A DNA stretch of 64,000 bases from Cyanophora paradoxa CCMP329 (Eukaryota; Plantae; Glaucophyta). The stretch's first letter is position 1. Every line of letters starts with the position of its first letter. The position numbers and the translations under genes were made by a program. Positions 38,496-51,335 of the stretch are shown in pieces. The DNA is taken from NCBI GenBank assembly GCA_004431415.1, contig QPMI01000560.1, forward strand, positions 124,001-188,000, read 5' to 3'. The notes beneath the pieces are model-generated. The model was given only the letters and a program-made list of their open reading frames with translations, ran no database searches and was not told the DNA's origin.

Positions 38496-39229
38496 AGGGC
38501 TCGGCGACCGCGGCCCGGACCCCCCGCCCCCTCGAGACCTCTTCTCGTTCCGAGAAGGCTCCGCAGGCCCGGATTCGGGGGTCCACATGTACATGCTTCG
38601 CTCTGGACAGACCCCGCTCGCAATCGGCCGCATCACATTTCAAACACGCAGTGTTTCAAGCTTTTGATGCAAGTCGAGTATATGCCGCTTGCTCAGTATT
38701 TGAGTTCCATGCTACAGTCACACTGAGTGTTCGATTTATGCAGAGCTTTCAACTTGGCAATACCGTAGTAGGCCTAGGCTCTCTATCTGAGACTCTTGCA
38801 ATCATTTGAATTTGAGACTTTGAGACTTGCCGATCGGTTTCCGACTGCCCTCTCCCGGGCTCCCAGGCTCCCGGAGAGTCCCTCTGATGCATTCTTTTGC
38901 CAGCAAGCTAAAGTTGACAAGTCGACGCATACCACTCAGTGTGAATGGCCCAGCAAGCTTTAGTTGACTTAAGCCAGCAACTGGCCGCAGGCTGGCAAGT
39001 TTACAAGTTAAGGCGAGCCTCGCGATCCGAGGGCCAGACTCTGATCATGCCATCCCAATGCCATGAATGTGCACGTGCACGTGCCAAGTTAACGTTCAAC
39101 GAGGCACTGCGGCACTCAGTGACTGCCAGGCCCTGAGGCCCTGAGGCTGCGGCACTCCTCATCATGGCATCATGGCATTACTGAGTCATGATCATGCATA
39201 TGACACGGGCGCCCACGGTTACACGCCGG

Positions 39230-41668
39230 CTACTTCCTGTCGAGCTGGGCGCGGTGCTCGCCCACGCACTTCGTCGAGCAGTACTTGTACTCGAGCCGCT
39301 CGAAGGGCGTGCCGTACCCCGCCCCGCACCACGCGCACTTCTTCCCCTCCGCCCCGGGCCCGGGCCCCGCCGCCCCGCCGCCGAGGCCCCGCAGCCGCGC
39401 CTCCGCCGCCCGCGCCCGCTTCTCCCGCTCCGGCAGCGCCTCCTGCGCATGCCGCACCCTCAGCGGCGCCGGCGGGACGAGCGCGCGGGCGGGCGGGGGG
39501 CGCGCGCACCCAGGCGGCCTGCTCGGCGGCGGCGGCCGCCGCAGCCTGCAGGGGGTGGCGTCACGGGCGGGGCCCGCGGGGCGCAGGGCGAGGAGCGCCG
39601 CGGCGCCGGCCGCGAGGGCGACGAGGAGGAGGGCGCCCCAGCCCGGCCCCGGCCCCTCCGGCCCCTGCCCCTCCGCCTCCTCCTTCCCCTTCCCCGCCGC
39701 CGCCTTCCTCCCTGGCTTCCTCCCCGCGGGGGCCCGCCCCGCCGGGGCCCGCCCCGCCCTGTCGGGCCCCCGGGCGGGGGAGGAGCAGGCTCGCACCCGC
39801 GCCGCCTCCTCCTGCCGCCGGGCGGCCTCCTCGGCGGCCCGCTTCGCCGCCTCCTCCTCCGCCTTCTTCACACGCCGCGCCTCCGCGGCCCGCTTGGCCT
39901 TGGCCTTGCGCTTCTCCTTCTCCCGCCGCGCCCGCTCCGCCTCCGCCTCGTCCGTCAGCGGCGACGGCACCTTCGCCTGCGCTGGACGTCGAAGGCGGAG
40001 CAGAGCCGGGGGGCGCGCGGGCGGCGCACGAGCTTCCAGTCCCAGGCGTCGGGATAGGAGCCCATGTGCCGCCGGAACGCGTTCCGCGTCTCCGCGTCCT
40101 TGGCCACCTGCCCGAGGCTGAGCGGGAGGCATTAAAGAGGAGCAGAGGCGCGCACGGCGTAGGGGACGCGGCCGCGGAGGTCGGTGAGGCACGGGCTGGC
40201 GCCCAGCTCGAGAAGGAGGGCTACGGTGTCGGCGGCGCCGGCGGCCGCCGCCGCGTGCAGCACCGTCATCCCCTCCTGGTCCTCGAACGCCTCGTCCAGG
40301 CTCCCGTGGCCGCCGGCGGGGGCCCCGGCGGCCTCGCCCGCCCGCCCGCCGCCGCCCTCCTCGGCCCCGGCGCCGTCGGCGTCTCCGCCGGCGAGCTGCT
40401 CGATGGCGGCGAGGTCGCCCCGCGCGACGGCGGCCCAGAGCGCGCTCTCCTCGCTCCGCGCGAGCCGCAGCGCCGCCGCCGCCGCCTCCTCCTCCGCCGT
40501 CCGCGGCTTCATCCGGATCGCCACCGCCGCCGGCCCCGCCGGCCCCGCCGCCGCCCCGCCTCCGCCTCGGCCTTGCCCTTCTCCCTCTCGGGGCCTCTTT
40601 GCGGCGGGCGGGGCGCGGGGGCGCCCCGAGGCCGCCGCTCTCCGCGAGGCGCCGCGCGAGGGCCTCGACGTCGCCCTCCGGGCCCCGGGGCGGGCCCCGG
40701 GACCGCCTCCGCCTGCGCGAGGCACCGCAGCACGCGCTTCGCCTCCTCGAACGTCGGCCGCCGCGTCATGAACGGCACCCGCCGCAGCCGCCCGTCCCCT
40801 GCGCCCCGCTCGGCTCCGCGCGGCGGGGCAGCGAGCGGGGGCGCGCACGGGGGCTGAAGGGCGCCTTCTCGCCGCCATCGAAGAAGAGCCCGCGGTGCGA
40901 GAAGGAAACGCACATGAAGACGAGGCCTGCGCCGGCGTGAGCGGCTCCAGCGGGGCGGGCGGCGGGGCGGGGCGCGCCGCAGCGCTCGAGGTCGGGCTTC
41001 CAGGCGGCGACGAGCCCCCGCACGTCCTCCGCCAGCGCCGCCTCACCGTACCGCCGCAGCGCCGCGCCGGCGCTCTTGATGCGGTGCCCGCCGCTCTGCG
41101 CGTCCGCCGCGCTCTGCGTCCCGCCCTGCTTCTTGCGCGTCGTGTACCTGTGGAAGGTCTTGTGCTGCACGATCGCCTCCTTCTCGCGGTCCATGATGAC
41201 GGCCGCAAAGTGGCCGCCGCTGCACATGAAGACCGCCCAGAGGGGCGGCAGCAGCTCCGCGAGCTTCCCCGCGCGCACGACGAGCGCGCGCGGGTCGAGG
41301 TCCTCCCGCACAATCGCGTTCCGCCACACGGTGAGGTGCCGCCCCGTGCTGCCCTCCACGACGAGCACCTTGGGCGACTTGCCGAGCGCTTCCGACTCGC
41401 CCTCGCTCGAGCTCGAGCTCGTCGCGCTACCGCTGAGTGACTCGTCCGAGAGGCCGGCGTCGAGGTCCGCCTGCGATATCGCCGGCCGCTTGCTCAGCGC
41501 GCGCTTCAGGTTCAGGCGGTGGAGATCCGAGCGGTAGTGGGCCCGCTGCTCATCAATCGCGCCGCCGACGGAGCACGACGTGCACATAAACGTCTCCTTC
41601 TCATGCAGCAGCGCGCTGACTCCTTCTCGAGCGGGCTGCGGCTCTGCATGAATCGCGGGCGTCGCCAT
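39230..41668 (-). CDS. ANKZF1: ANKZF1/Vms1 (C2H2 zinc finger, VLRF1 domain, ankyrin, VTC zinc domain)
   Basis: Contains CTSC...QRAHYRSDLHRLNLK and SGGHFAA...HKTFHRYTTRKKQGGTQS...SAGAALRRYGE. Ankyrin GMTVLHAAA and terminal CAWC...FERLEYKYCSTKCVGEH are also present. Confidence 0.95.
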
Positions 41669-41797
41669 CCACCCAGCGGCGCGCTCTGGTCGAGAACACG
41701 TTGCCTTTGTCGCCAATGGCGCTGTTACACGGCCGAGATTCTCAGATGATCGCCGTAGGTTCGTATTAGGTCGGACGAGGGGGATACACTAACAGCA

Positions 41798-42975
41798 ATG
41801 CGAGCCAGCTTCGCCAGCGCAGCGGGCGCCTTGCCGGCGAACCGGAGCCCGCCGAGTGGAATACACAACACGTTCTGCGGGTCGCCGCGAGCCTGCGCAA
41901 GCCCGCACGTGGCCCCCTGCCGCAGCCCTGATCATGACGCCCGCCGCCTTGGTGCGCCACCCAGTGCTAGCTGCGTAGCCGCGCGCTGACATGCCCGGGG
42001 CCAACGGCGCGCGCAGCTCCGACGTTCCTCGGCAACCCGCTCTCGGGCCGCGCCGGCGCCGTCGCTCCGCCGAGTTTGCGACGGCGCTGGCATGCGCGTC
42101 AGGCGGCGATTGTAGGGCTATCAAAACCGGCGGCTGCCGACGGCGCCGCAGTCGAAGTTGACGGCGCCAGCGCCGGCCGCGGCCACAGGCCTGCAACACC
42201 GGCGCCGGCGCCGGCGGCCGAGGCGTCGGAGGCAGCCGCAGGCAGCTCAGCCCGCGTGCGGGCGGCGGCGCCGACGCTCGAGGAGGAGCTGGAGGAGGCG
42301 CGGCGCGCCCTCGGCCTCCTCCCCGAGCCCCGGGGCCGGGGCGGCCCGGCGGAGGTGGTGGAGGTGGAGGTGTTCGTGGCGAAGGAGCCGCTGCAGGTCG
42401 GGGGCGTGCCGGGCGCCCTCGGCCGCCTCGCCGCCCGCTTCTTCCCCCCCGTCTTCGAGCACGCCCTCCTCGTCCTCCGCGTCCGCCGGCGCCCCGGCGG
42501 CGGGGCGGGGGCGGCGGAGGCGGCGCGCCGGGCGGGGCGGGGGCGGCGGAAGAGGCGTGGGTGGTGCTGGACGTGGTGCCGCGGGACGCGCACCGGGCGG
42601 CGACGCAGCGGCGCCTCCTCCTCCTCGGCTCCGTCCCCGGCCACCTCCGCACCCGCGTCTACCCGGGCCGGCCCCGCGCCCTCGCCCCGCTCCGCGCCGT
42701 CCCCTTCGGGCCCCCCGCCCCCGGCGCCCTCCCCGCCCTCCTCGACGCCCACGCCGCCTGGGCAGACGCCGAGGTCCGCCCCCCTCTCGCGCCTCTCTGA
42801 TCATGATTCTCCGCGTGACTCGCTCGGATGGAATTCGCAGGTGCGGCTGCTGGGGCGGGACTGCAGGGGGCACGTGGCGGGCCTGGCGCGGACAGCGACG
42901 GGCCGGGAGCGCGCCGTCGCCCTCGCCGACCTCGCCCTCCTCCGCGGCCGCGGCGGGCCCCTCCTCGCCCTCTGA
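41798..42975 (+). CDS. Conserved algal/plant protein with a permuted papain-like His...Cys arrangement, possibly plastid-targeted
   Basis: Reads FEHALLVL...VLDVVP...LLLGSVPGHLRTR...W...VRLLGRDCRGHVAGL. The S/A/R-rich N-terminus starts MRASF. Start codon is uncertain. Confidence 0.5.
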
Positions 42976-43483
42976 GCGCCCCGCCCCGCCCGCCCTCCCG
43001 CCCTCCACACCGGTACCCACCGCAGGGCCTGGTAGCTGCAGGGCCCATCCGGGTCTGCTCTCTCCAGCTCAGTCTTCTTTCAAGTTTGCCTATCTCTAAC
43101 AACGTTGAATACCCCACGTCCGCCGCGATGAAGCGCTGATCTGTTCCTCCGTTCGGGGGCCGCGCTGAGGCGATGCAATAATGCAAGGGCAGCAATCGAG
43201 GTTAACGTTTAATTCTGCACAATAAGTCACAATAATTCATTCGAATACCTCGGTACTGTCGTACTACTTCCCAATTTGGAATCCAAATACTAGATACTAG
43301 GCGAATAAGAGTTTCGACCGGAGGCGACTACGCAAATCGAAGGCAAAAAGCGAAAATCTAAAACGCAGAGCAAGTGCAATTGAAAGTGAAGGGCCCCGCC
43401 CGGAGCGGGGGCGGGGCAGGAGAGATGCAGAGGGGCGGGAGCAGCCGCTCGATCTCTGAGTGTAGAGATGGCTCGATGGCGGG

Positions 43484-45074
43484 TCAGCCGAGGAGGACGG
43501 TGGCGCCGTCGACGTGGAGGGAGGCGCCCCCCGAGAGGCGGATCACCGCCCCGGCCCCCGCCACCTCCACCCGCCGCACCAGCCCCGCCTGCCCCCGCCG
43601 TCCCCGGGCGCGGTGAGGGCGAGGCAGGGGCGCTCGCGGCCGGCGGGCGGGCGGGGGCGGACGGTGTCGGTGAGGAAGAGGGCGCCGGCGGTCGGGTGGT
43701 ACGCCACGTCGTAGCTCGTCCCCAGGCACACCCCCGTCCCCACTGCGCATGCGCCCCACCCGGTCACCCTTGGAAGGCGCGGCGGCGGGGGCGGTGGTCT
43801 GCGCGCACCGCCGTCGGGGCCGGCGACGGCGGCGCCGCAGCCGGCGACCGTGCGCGTCTCGTTGGTCGCCTGCGGCACCGGCGGCCTCAGGTACGCGGGC
43901 GGGCCAAGCAAGCTGGGCGGGGCCGGGCCGGGTCGGACCAGGAGGATGGCGCGGAGGTAGGCGTCGTAGGGGTCGACGAGGAAGAGGGCGTCGAGGCCCG
44001 GGACGACGACGCCGTGCTTCGGCTGCTTGAAGTAGGCCGAGGCGCACGGGCCGTCCGAGGCGCCCCAGCCCTGGAAGACCCCGCAGAAGGGCTGCAGGCC
44101 GCCCCCCGCGGCGAGGCTGTAGAGCAGCACGCGGGAGTTGCCGCCGTCGAAGACGTAGAGGCGGTCCCGCGCCTCGTCCAGCGCCAGCCCGCTCCCCGCG
44201 AGGGGCATCCCGTCCGCCACCGCCACCGCCCCGCCCCCGCCGCCACCTGCCCCGCCCCCGCGTCGGCCTCGGCGGGGCCGGCGGGGCCGGGGCCGGGGCC
44301 GGCGCCGGCGCACGCTCTGGAGGCCGGCGCTGCCCGTGAACCACACGCGCTGCCGCCTGCCGTCGAACGCCAGCGCCGAGGGCGAGTTCAGCCCGCTCGC
44401 TGCCGCCCGCTTCAGCGGGCCGCACGGCGGGGCGGCGCCGGCGGGCGAGGGCACCGAGCTGGACGGGCGAGCCCGTGAGGGGGTAGTCGAGGCGAAAGAT
44501 CCTCCCCATGGAGAACTCGGCGATGTACCTGCGGCTCGGGAGGTCGGCGGCGCGCGCGAGGAGGCAGAGAGCTGAAGTCTGGGCCGCGCACGCGTTGCAG
44601 AGGGGGTCGAACGCGATGCCGGCGCTGCCGAAGCCCGTGATGGCGGGGCCGACGGGGTAGGGGGGGAATGCGCCCGCCGCGAAGATCGTCGTGCTCGTGT
44701 CGAACTGAGTGAAGTAGAGCCTGACCGGGCGGCGTCACGCGTACGTTCAATCAAACGGCAGCATTCTCGCGCAGCGCCCCTGCGTGGTTAAGAGCGCACC
44801 GGTCGTCCCTGGAGCAGTAATCAATCTGGCTCGCCTGCAGAAGCCTGACGTTCAACCCGTTCCCAGCGGCGTTCGCCGTGGCGGTCGTCGAGTTGCCGAT
44901 GACGAGGGTGACACGCGGAGCCGGAGTGTACGGGATGAGCGCCGCACAAGCGCGCTGCACGACCGCACAGAGCAGCAGCGAGCGGACGGCTGCGCGTATG
45001 CTGCAGAGCTTGAGGCACCGTCTTCGTCTTCGACGTGCAGCGTGACCTGCCGGTTGCTGGCCTCCTTGTCGCAT
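43484..45074 (-). CDS. NHL-repeat beta-propeller protein with a putative signal peptide
   Basis: Contains GLNSPSALAFD, GLALDEARDRLYVFDGGNSRVL, GASDGPCASAYFKQPKHG, TRTVAG and LFLTDT, with a hydrophobic N-terminal segment. Confidence 0.75.
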
Positions 45075-45426
45075 CTTTGCGACGATGTACTTACTGAATC
45101 TGTGCAGGGGAGCCACAGCTCTTCGATCTCTTGAAACGCCACAGGACGGCTGCAGTGCGAGTGGGATGCTTATGATAGCGAGTGCCGAGCTAAGCTATGC
45201 CGGATCCGGGTCGAGGCGAATTCGTTGACACGCGCTGCCACTGCCTGCCAGGTCAACAGCGTTAACAACAACACCTCCGAGCAAGTAAAGTCAGTTGATC
45301 TGCATGTGCTATGCGGGCGCTGCTGTCGAAAAACAGGTGCAACAGCGAGGGAAGCGAGGCCTATGGCTAGCGGATAGGAAGCTCTCAAGAACGCGCTACC
45401 CCCCCCAGACAGGAGCGCCGTGAAAA

Positions 45427-46058
45427 ATGCTGCGCAGCCTGTGCACGCTCGGCGGTGAGTCCTTTCGACGGTGTTCGGCCGTTGCGGAATCGCTGACTGT
45501 GCCGCTCCGCAGCGTCCACGTCGCAGCGGCTGTGCACGCCCACCGCCGTTCGCTGGCTCGCAACGGAGACATCGGCCGCGGCTGCGGCCGTGACGACAGG
45601 GGCGGCAGCAGGGCCCTCATCGAGCGCGGCGAATCCCGCGCGGCACGGCCTGCCTCCCCGCGTCGCCGAGATCATGCGGCTCTCGCCGGAGACGATGACT
45701 GAAATCAAGGAGCATTTCGGGTACAGGACAGCAGATACGACTAGCTTTCCGATCCAGAGTGAGCGCCCGTCCGCCGCCAATCGCGCAAGCGCCTGGCTGA
45801 GTCCTCGCAGTGGCGATGCGGACGCGGCAGATTGAGAAGCTGCACGCCTACTTGAAGCAGAACCCCGCCGATGCGGAAGTGGAGGCGGGCATCAAGAAGC
45901 TGCTCCAGGACCGCTCGCGGTGCGTGGCCCGATGGAAGGCGGCGGGCGCGCCTGCAGCTGACGCGTGCGTCGCGTGCAGGATGGCGAGGTTCATGAAGCG
46001 GCACGACTTCAAGTTCTACAAGCGCGTCGTGCGGAAAGACAAGCCGGACCTGCGGTAG
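45427..46058 (+). CDS. MRPS15: Divergent mitochondrial ribosomal protein uS15
   Basis: Presequence followed by DTTSFPIQ|VAMRTRQIEKLHAYLKQNPAD...GIKKLLQDRSR|MARFMKRHDFKFYKRVV, which is colinear with the uS15 consensus. Confidence 0.72.
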
Positions 46059-46156
46059 CGCCCGCCGCCCCAGCAGCAGCACCCGCCCCTCGCTCCCCTA
46101 GGCGCGCACGACGCTTCTCGTGCTTCGAGAATTCATCTTCGCAATACTCGAGCGGT

Positions 46157-49100
46157 CTAGGAGGGCAGCAAGGCGGGGTTGGGCAGAGGAGGGGAAGTCG
46201 GGCGGACGCCGGCGCGCCAGCGCCTTCGGAGGGGCGGGGGCAGAGAAAGGCGGGATTGGTCTGGTGCCTCCAGGTGGGCGCAGAGGGAGAGCGCGCCGTC
46301 CTAGGGCTCAGGCGGCGACCGCCGGCCCTCTCCCTGCGGGCGGGGGCGTCGGGCGAGCTCGAGGGTGGGCTCGCGAAGCAGTGCCCGCGCACCTGTAGAG
46401 GGGCCCGGGGCTGCGCCGAGGGCCGCCCGCAGGGCCGCGACGCCGGCCTGGCCGTCGGCCTGCATGCGCGCGCGTCAGGCCGCCCGAAGAGGGAAGAGAG
46501 GCGGGCAGGGCGCACGGAGAGCGGGGCCGGCGGGGGCGACGCGAGGGCCTCGAGAAGCGCGGCGCGGGCCGCGGCGGGGGCGCGGGTCAGGCACGACTCC
46601 AGCGCCGCCCGCAGCGGGCTGCCCGGCGCCAGTTTCGCGTCGGCCTCGCATGCTTCGTCGCCCTCGCCCTCGGCCGGCTCGGGCCCGTTGCGCCGGCGCG
46701 GCCGCCGGGCCGGCGCCAGCGGCGTGCACGGCGCGCTCGCGCTGGCGGCCTCCTGCGCGGGCGTCGGAGGCGCGGGCGTGCGGGCCGGGCGCGGGGCGGG
46801 GCGCACGGGGCGGGCGGCGCGGCCAAAGGCCTCCGCGGCGGCGTGCGCGAGGGGGCGAGGGCGGGGCCGGGGCGGCGGCGGCGCGCCCGGCGGCGGCGAG
46901 GAGGCAGGCGAGGGCGGGGCGGAGGGCGCGGGCGAGGCTCGCGTCGTCCCGCGAGCAGCGGCGGAGGATCCCCGCCGCGAGCGCCGCCCCCGCCGGCACC
47001 GCCGCCTCCTCCGCCCCGTCGCCGCCCTCAGCGGCGGCGGCGGCCGAGGCGAGGGCGCAGAGGAGGCGGGAGGCGGCGGCGGCGGCCGGCGGGGAGGCGG
47101 CGGCGGGCCCGCTGCCGGCGCGGCGGAGGAGATCCCAGAGGGGCGCCCGGGCGGGGGCGGCGGGCAGGGCGAAGAGGCCGGCGGCGTCGGCGAGGGCCGA
47201 GAGGAGCGCCTCCGCCGCCCGCTCCGCCAGGCCCCGCCGGGGGCCACCGCAGTCGCCGCCTCCCGCGGGGCGACTCGCCGGCCCCAGAGGCGGCGCCGCC
47301 CTCGCCCTCGTCGGAGCCGGAGGCGGCGCGCCGGGCCCGCACCAGCGCCGGCGAGCTCCCGAGGGCGTTCCCGGCGCCCCGGCGCCCTCCGCCCTGCGGA
47401 GCGGGTCGGGGAGGGGCGCTGGGCGGGGCGCGGTGGGCGGCGGGTCGCACGGGAAGAGGCCGGGGGTGTCGAGGGCCCAGCGCGCGAGGGCCGACAGCTC
47501 CTCGGGCCAGGCGGCCTTCCCGGAGCGCGCGGCCCGGCGGGCGCCGGCGCGCCGGCCCTTCTCCGGGGCCGGCTCGGCGCGGAGGGCGCAGGCGAGGCGG
47601 GCGTGGGCGGAGAGGGCCCGCAGCAGGGCGTCGGGGCCCGGGAAGTCCGCCCCCGCCGCCCCGGAGCCCTCCGCCCGCAGCCGCGCCCCCAGCAGCGGCG
47701 CGCTCCGGCCCAGCGCCGCGCAGAGCTCCGCCGCCGCCGCGCTGCCCGCCAGCTCGGGCCGCCACCGCTCGCTCGCCTGCCGGCCGCTCAGACTCGGCGC
47801 GCCTCGTACCCTCGGCGGACCGCGCACCAGGACGCTCTCGAGGATGCGCAGCGCGGCGATGGCGCGCACGCTCGCCTCCCCTCGCCCTCCGCCCCGCCGT
47901 CCCCGGGCCCCGCCCCCGCCTCGGCGGCCCCCGCGGCGCGCTGGCGCTGCTGCTGGCGGGCGCGCTGGCGGCCGGCGGGGGCGGCGGGGCGCTTGCGCTT
48001 GCCGGCCGCCTCGTCGGCCTCCTCGTCGCCGGGGCGGGGCGGGCGGGGAGGATGTCGCCGGCGGCGGCGGCGAGGAGCTCGAGGACGGGGGCGGCGCGGC
48101 CCCAGGCGGCCGCCAGGTCCAGGAGCCCCGCCACCGCGGGGCCGTCCCCGGCCAGCGCCGCAGCCACCAGCGCGTCCGGCAGGCCCTCCGCCGCCGCTGG
48201 CGCCGCCTCCGCCCCGCCGCCCCCGCCAGCCGGAAGAGCGCGGCGCGGGCGGCGGGCCCGGGCGGCGGAAGGCGGCGGGGAGGTCTGGGTTGGGGAGGGC
48301 GTAGCAGGCGAGGAGGGCGTCGAGGAGGCCGCCCGAGAGGCCGGCGGAGAGGGCGGGGGCGAGGGCGGAGTGCTCGGGGCGGGCGAGGAGCGGGCCCGCC
48401 GCCTCCCACGCCGCCGCCGCCGCCTCCAGCGCCGCGTCCGCCACGCGCGCCTCCTCCCCTCCTCCTCCTGCCGCCGCCGCTCCCGCTCTGCCGCCCCGCG
48501 TCACGGCGAGAAAAGGGGCGCCTCTGAGGGGGCCGGCGCGCCTTCCTCGGAGTCGGCGCCGTCGCCGGCAGGCCGCTTGCGGCGCTCCGCGAGGCGCGCG
48601 GCGCGGCGGGCCGCCTTTGCAGCGCTCGCGTCTGCGGGGCGGGGCCGGTCGGCGGGGCGGGCGCTGGGGGCGGGGCCGGGGCCGGAGATCGCACGGCGGC
48701 GCTCGAGGGAGGTGCCGACGCAGCCGATCCAGAGCTTGAAGAGCGAGGCGAGGCGCGGGAGGGGCACGGGGCCGCCCCGGCCGCCGGCCCTCGGGGCGAC
48801 GGCGCGGGCGTAGAAGGCGGGGGCCGCCTCCGGGCAGTGCTGCGCCAGCGCCACGAAGCGGCGCAGCTGCGGCGGCGTCGGCGAAGCGCGGGGCGGGAGG
48901 GGCGGGCGGGGCGGACGCAGTCGGCGGGGCCCTTGGAGGCGGGCATGAAGACGGGGGCGAGGACCTCCGCGAGGCCGTCCGCGCTCGCCTCGAGGGCGGC
49001 GCGGCGGGCCCCGGCGGCGCCCGCCGCGCCAGCGCGTGCTCGGCGGCGAGGCGCGGGAGGAGGGCGGAGGGGGGGACGAGGTCGCGGGGCGGAGGGGGAA

Positions 49101-51029
49101 GCCCGGCGGGGCGGCGGCGACGGCGCGGAGGAGGCGGACGAAGGCGGCGCGCACCGCCTCGCTCCGGTCGTCCAGCAGCGGCCGCAGCTCCGGCAGCACC
49201 TCTGCGCCCCGCGCCCCTCAGCCAGCCCGCAGCGCGGTGGACGGGCGGGGGGGCGGGGCGCGGGCCTGCGAGGGGGCCGTGGGCGAGGGGCTCGTCGACG
49301 AGGGGCGCGAGGGCGGCGAGGGCGGCGGCCCGCACGGCCGGCGAGGCGGCGTCGAAGGCGGAGCGGCGGGCGAGGGCGGCGGCGAGGGCGGACTGGGGCA
49401 GGCGGCGGAGGAGGCGCCCCGCGCCCTCCGTGGCCGCCAGGCGCACGCGGACGTCGCCGTCCTCGAGCGCCGCCTCGAGCGCCGCCGCCTGCCGCTGCAG
49501 CTCGGCCCGCACCTCCGCCTCGGGCGCCCCGCCCGCCGGCGGCAGCGGGAAGACCTCCGCCAGCAGCCCCGCCGCGTTCCGCCGCACTGCGCCTTCGTCA
49601 GCCGCGGCGCCGGCGATCGGCGCGGGCGGGCGGGGCGCGCCGGCGGGGTTGGCGGCGGTGAGGGCCCGCCAGAGGAGCGGCTCGTAGAGGCGGGCGAGGA
49701 GGGCGCCGACGGCCGGCCGCCCCGCTGCGCGGTGCAGGCCGCCCAGCAGGCCCCGCAGCGCAGCGCCCAGCGCCGGCGTCCGCGCCGTCAGCGCCCGCTG
49801 CGCCGTCCCCTGCACCGCGTCCTCTGACGCACCGCGTCGGCCCCGCCCGGGCTGCGGGCCGGCGGGGGGCGGCGCACCGAGGGCGGCGGCGGTTGCGGCG
49901 GCGGTGGAGTCGCCGGCGGCGGCGGCAGCGGAGGCGGCGCGCCAGGCGCGGAGGAGGGCGTGCGCGTGGCCCTCGACGGCGGCGGGGGCCGCGTGCGGGA
50001 GGGCCGCGAGCACCGCGGCGTGCGCCTCGGCCGCCACGTCCGCGCGGAGCGCCAGCAGGTGCGCCGCCAGCTTCGGACCCTCCTTGCGCCGCGCCAGCTC
50101 CCCGCTCGCCACCACCCGCGCCAGCAGGCCCGCAGCGCCCCGCCCCTGCTCCGGCTCGCCGGCGCGCTGCGGGGCGGGCCGGCGGGGCGGGCGCACGCGG
50201 CCTCCTCCTTGCAAGCGAGGGTGAAGGCACCCCGCATCGCGTACGCTTTCTTGATCTCTGCAAGCGGCTCGCTCGCCGGCGGCGGCGAGAGCTTGCAGGG
50301 GGCCGGGGGCGGAGGGACGGACCCGGGGCGGGAAGGGGCCGGAGGGCGAGGCGGCGAGCGACGAGGGGCACGAGCTCAGGCACGACCGTCTCGTAGTGCT
50401 TCCGGCGGGCCGTCCACCAGCCGTGCGCCAGCTCCGCCGCCTCCGCCAGCGCCTCCCGCGCCGCCCCCGCCACCCCCCGCTCCGCCGCCTCCCCCGCCGC
50501 CTCTGCTCGCCGCCAGCTGCGTTAGCTGCGGGTCGCGTTGAGGGCGGGCGGGCGGGCGGGCGTGCCGCGGAGGGACAGAAGGGCGTCGTAGAAGGACTGC
50601 GGGAGCGCCTTGTCGTCGGCCGCCACCGCGTGCCGCGCCAGCGCGAAGCCACAGCGCGCCAGCTCCGCCGCCGCCTGCACGGCATCCGAAACGTCCTGCG
50701 CGCAACGCTCTCTCATCGAACGCTTCAGGCTAGCTTTGCGCGGCGGGCGCTCGCCTCGGTTCCCTTCGCCGCCTCCCGGCACTTGTCCGCGGCTGCCTGG
50801 GCGCGCTGGTGCAGGGAGATCCACATAGTGAGTGCATCCTTGCGAGATAGCTCTGAGAGCGGCTCGCTGAGATCCAGCAGCGCCGCCCGCCGGCTCTTTG
50901 GCTGCGGTGCGAGGTCCGGTCAGAGGGGCACACCGCACCAGCCCGCCGGTGCACCTTGTTACGCGCTCGCTCTAGCAAATCGTCCAGAGGGTCGATCTTG
51001 GCTAGCACGAGGCTCCCCATGTCAGGCAT
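46157..51029 (-). CDS. NCAPG2: Condensin II subunit CAP-G2 (HEAT repeats); 3' end approximate
   Basis: Contains LYEPLLWRALTAANP|VRRNAAGLLAEVFPL, ELQRQ..LEAALEDGDVRVR, AFDAASPAVR, PLAHGPL and LPELRPLLDDRSEAVRAAFVRLL. Confidence 0.88.
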
Positions 51030-51335
51030 TTTGAATTCCACTCAAAACAGCTGCCGCCTGGGCAAGACCGTCTTTCTTTCTGTGCTGAGGTGCTCCACGC
51101 CCGCGTTTGCTGATATTACTAGCGCTACCGACACTGCATCCGGGTCCGGGGATCCACCGCGGCCGCGGGCTGTAGCGGCTTCGTTCGCCCAACTTGGGGG
51201 GTAGGCGAGTCGAAGACTGGGGTAGTCCCTCGGAGCCTGCCGAAGCGCAGACCCTGCGCGCCGCGCAGCAGATCAGGCCCACTGCAGCGGAGACGCCGGA
51301 GGACCGTGCGCGTCGCCTAAATTGACTGAATCCCG

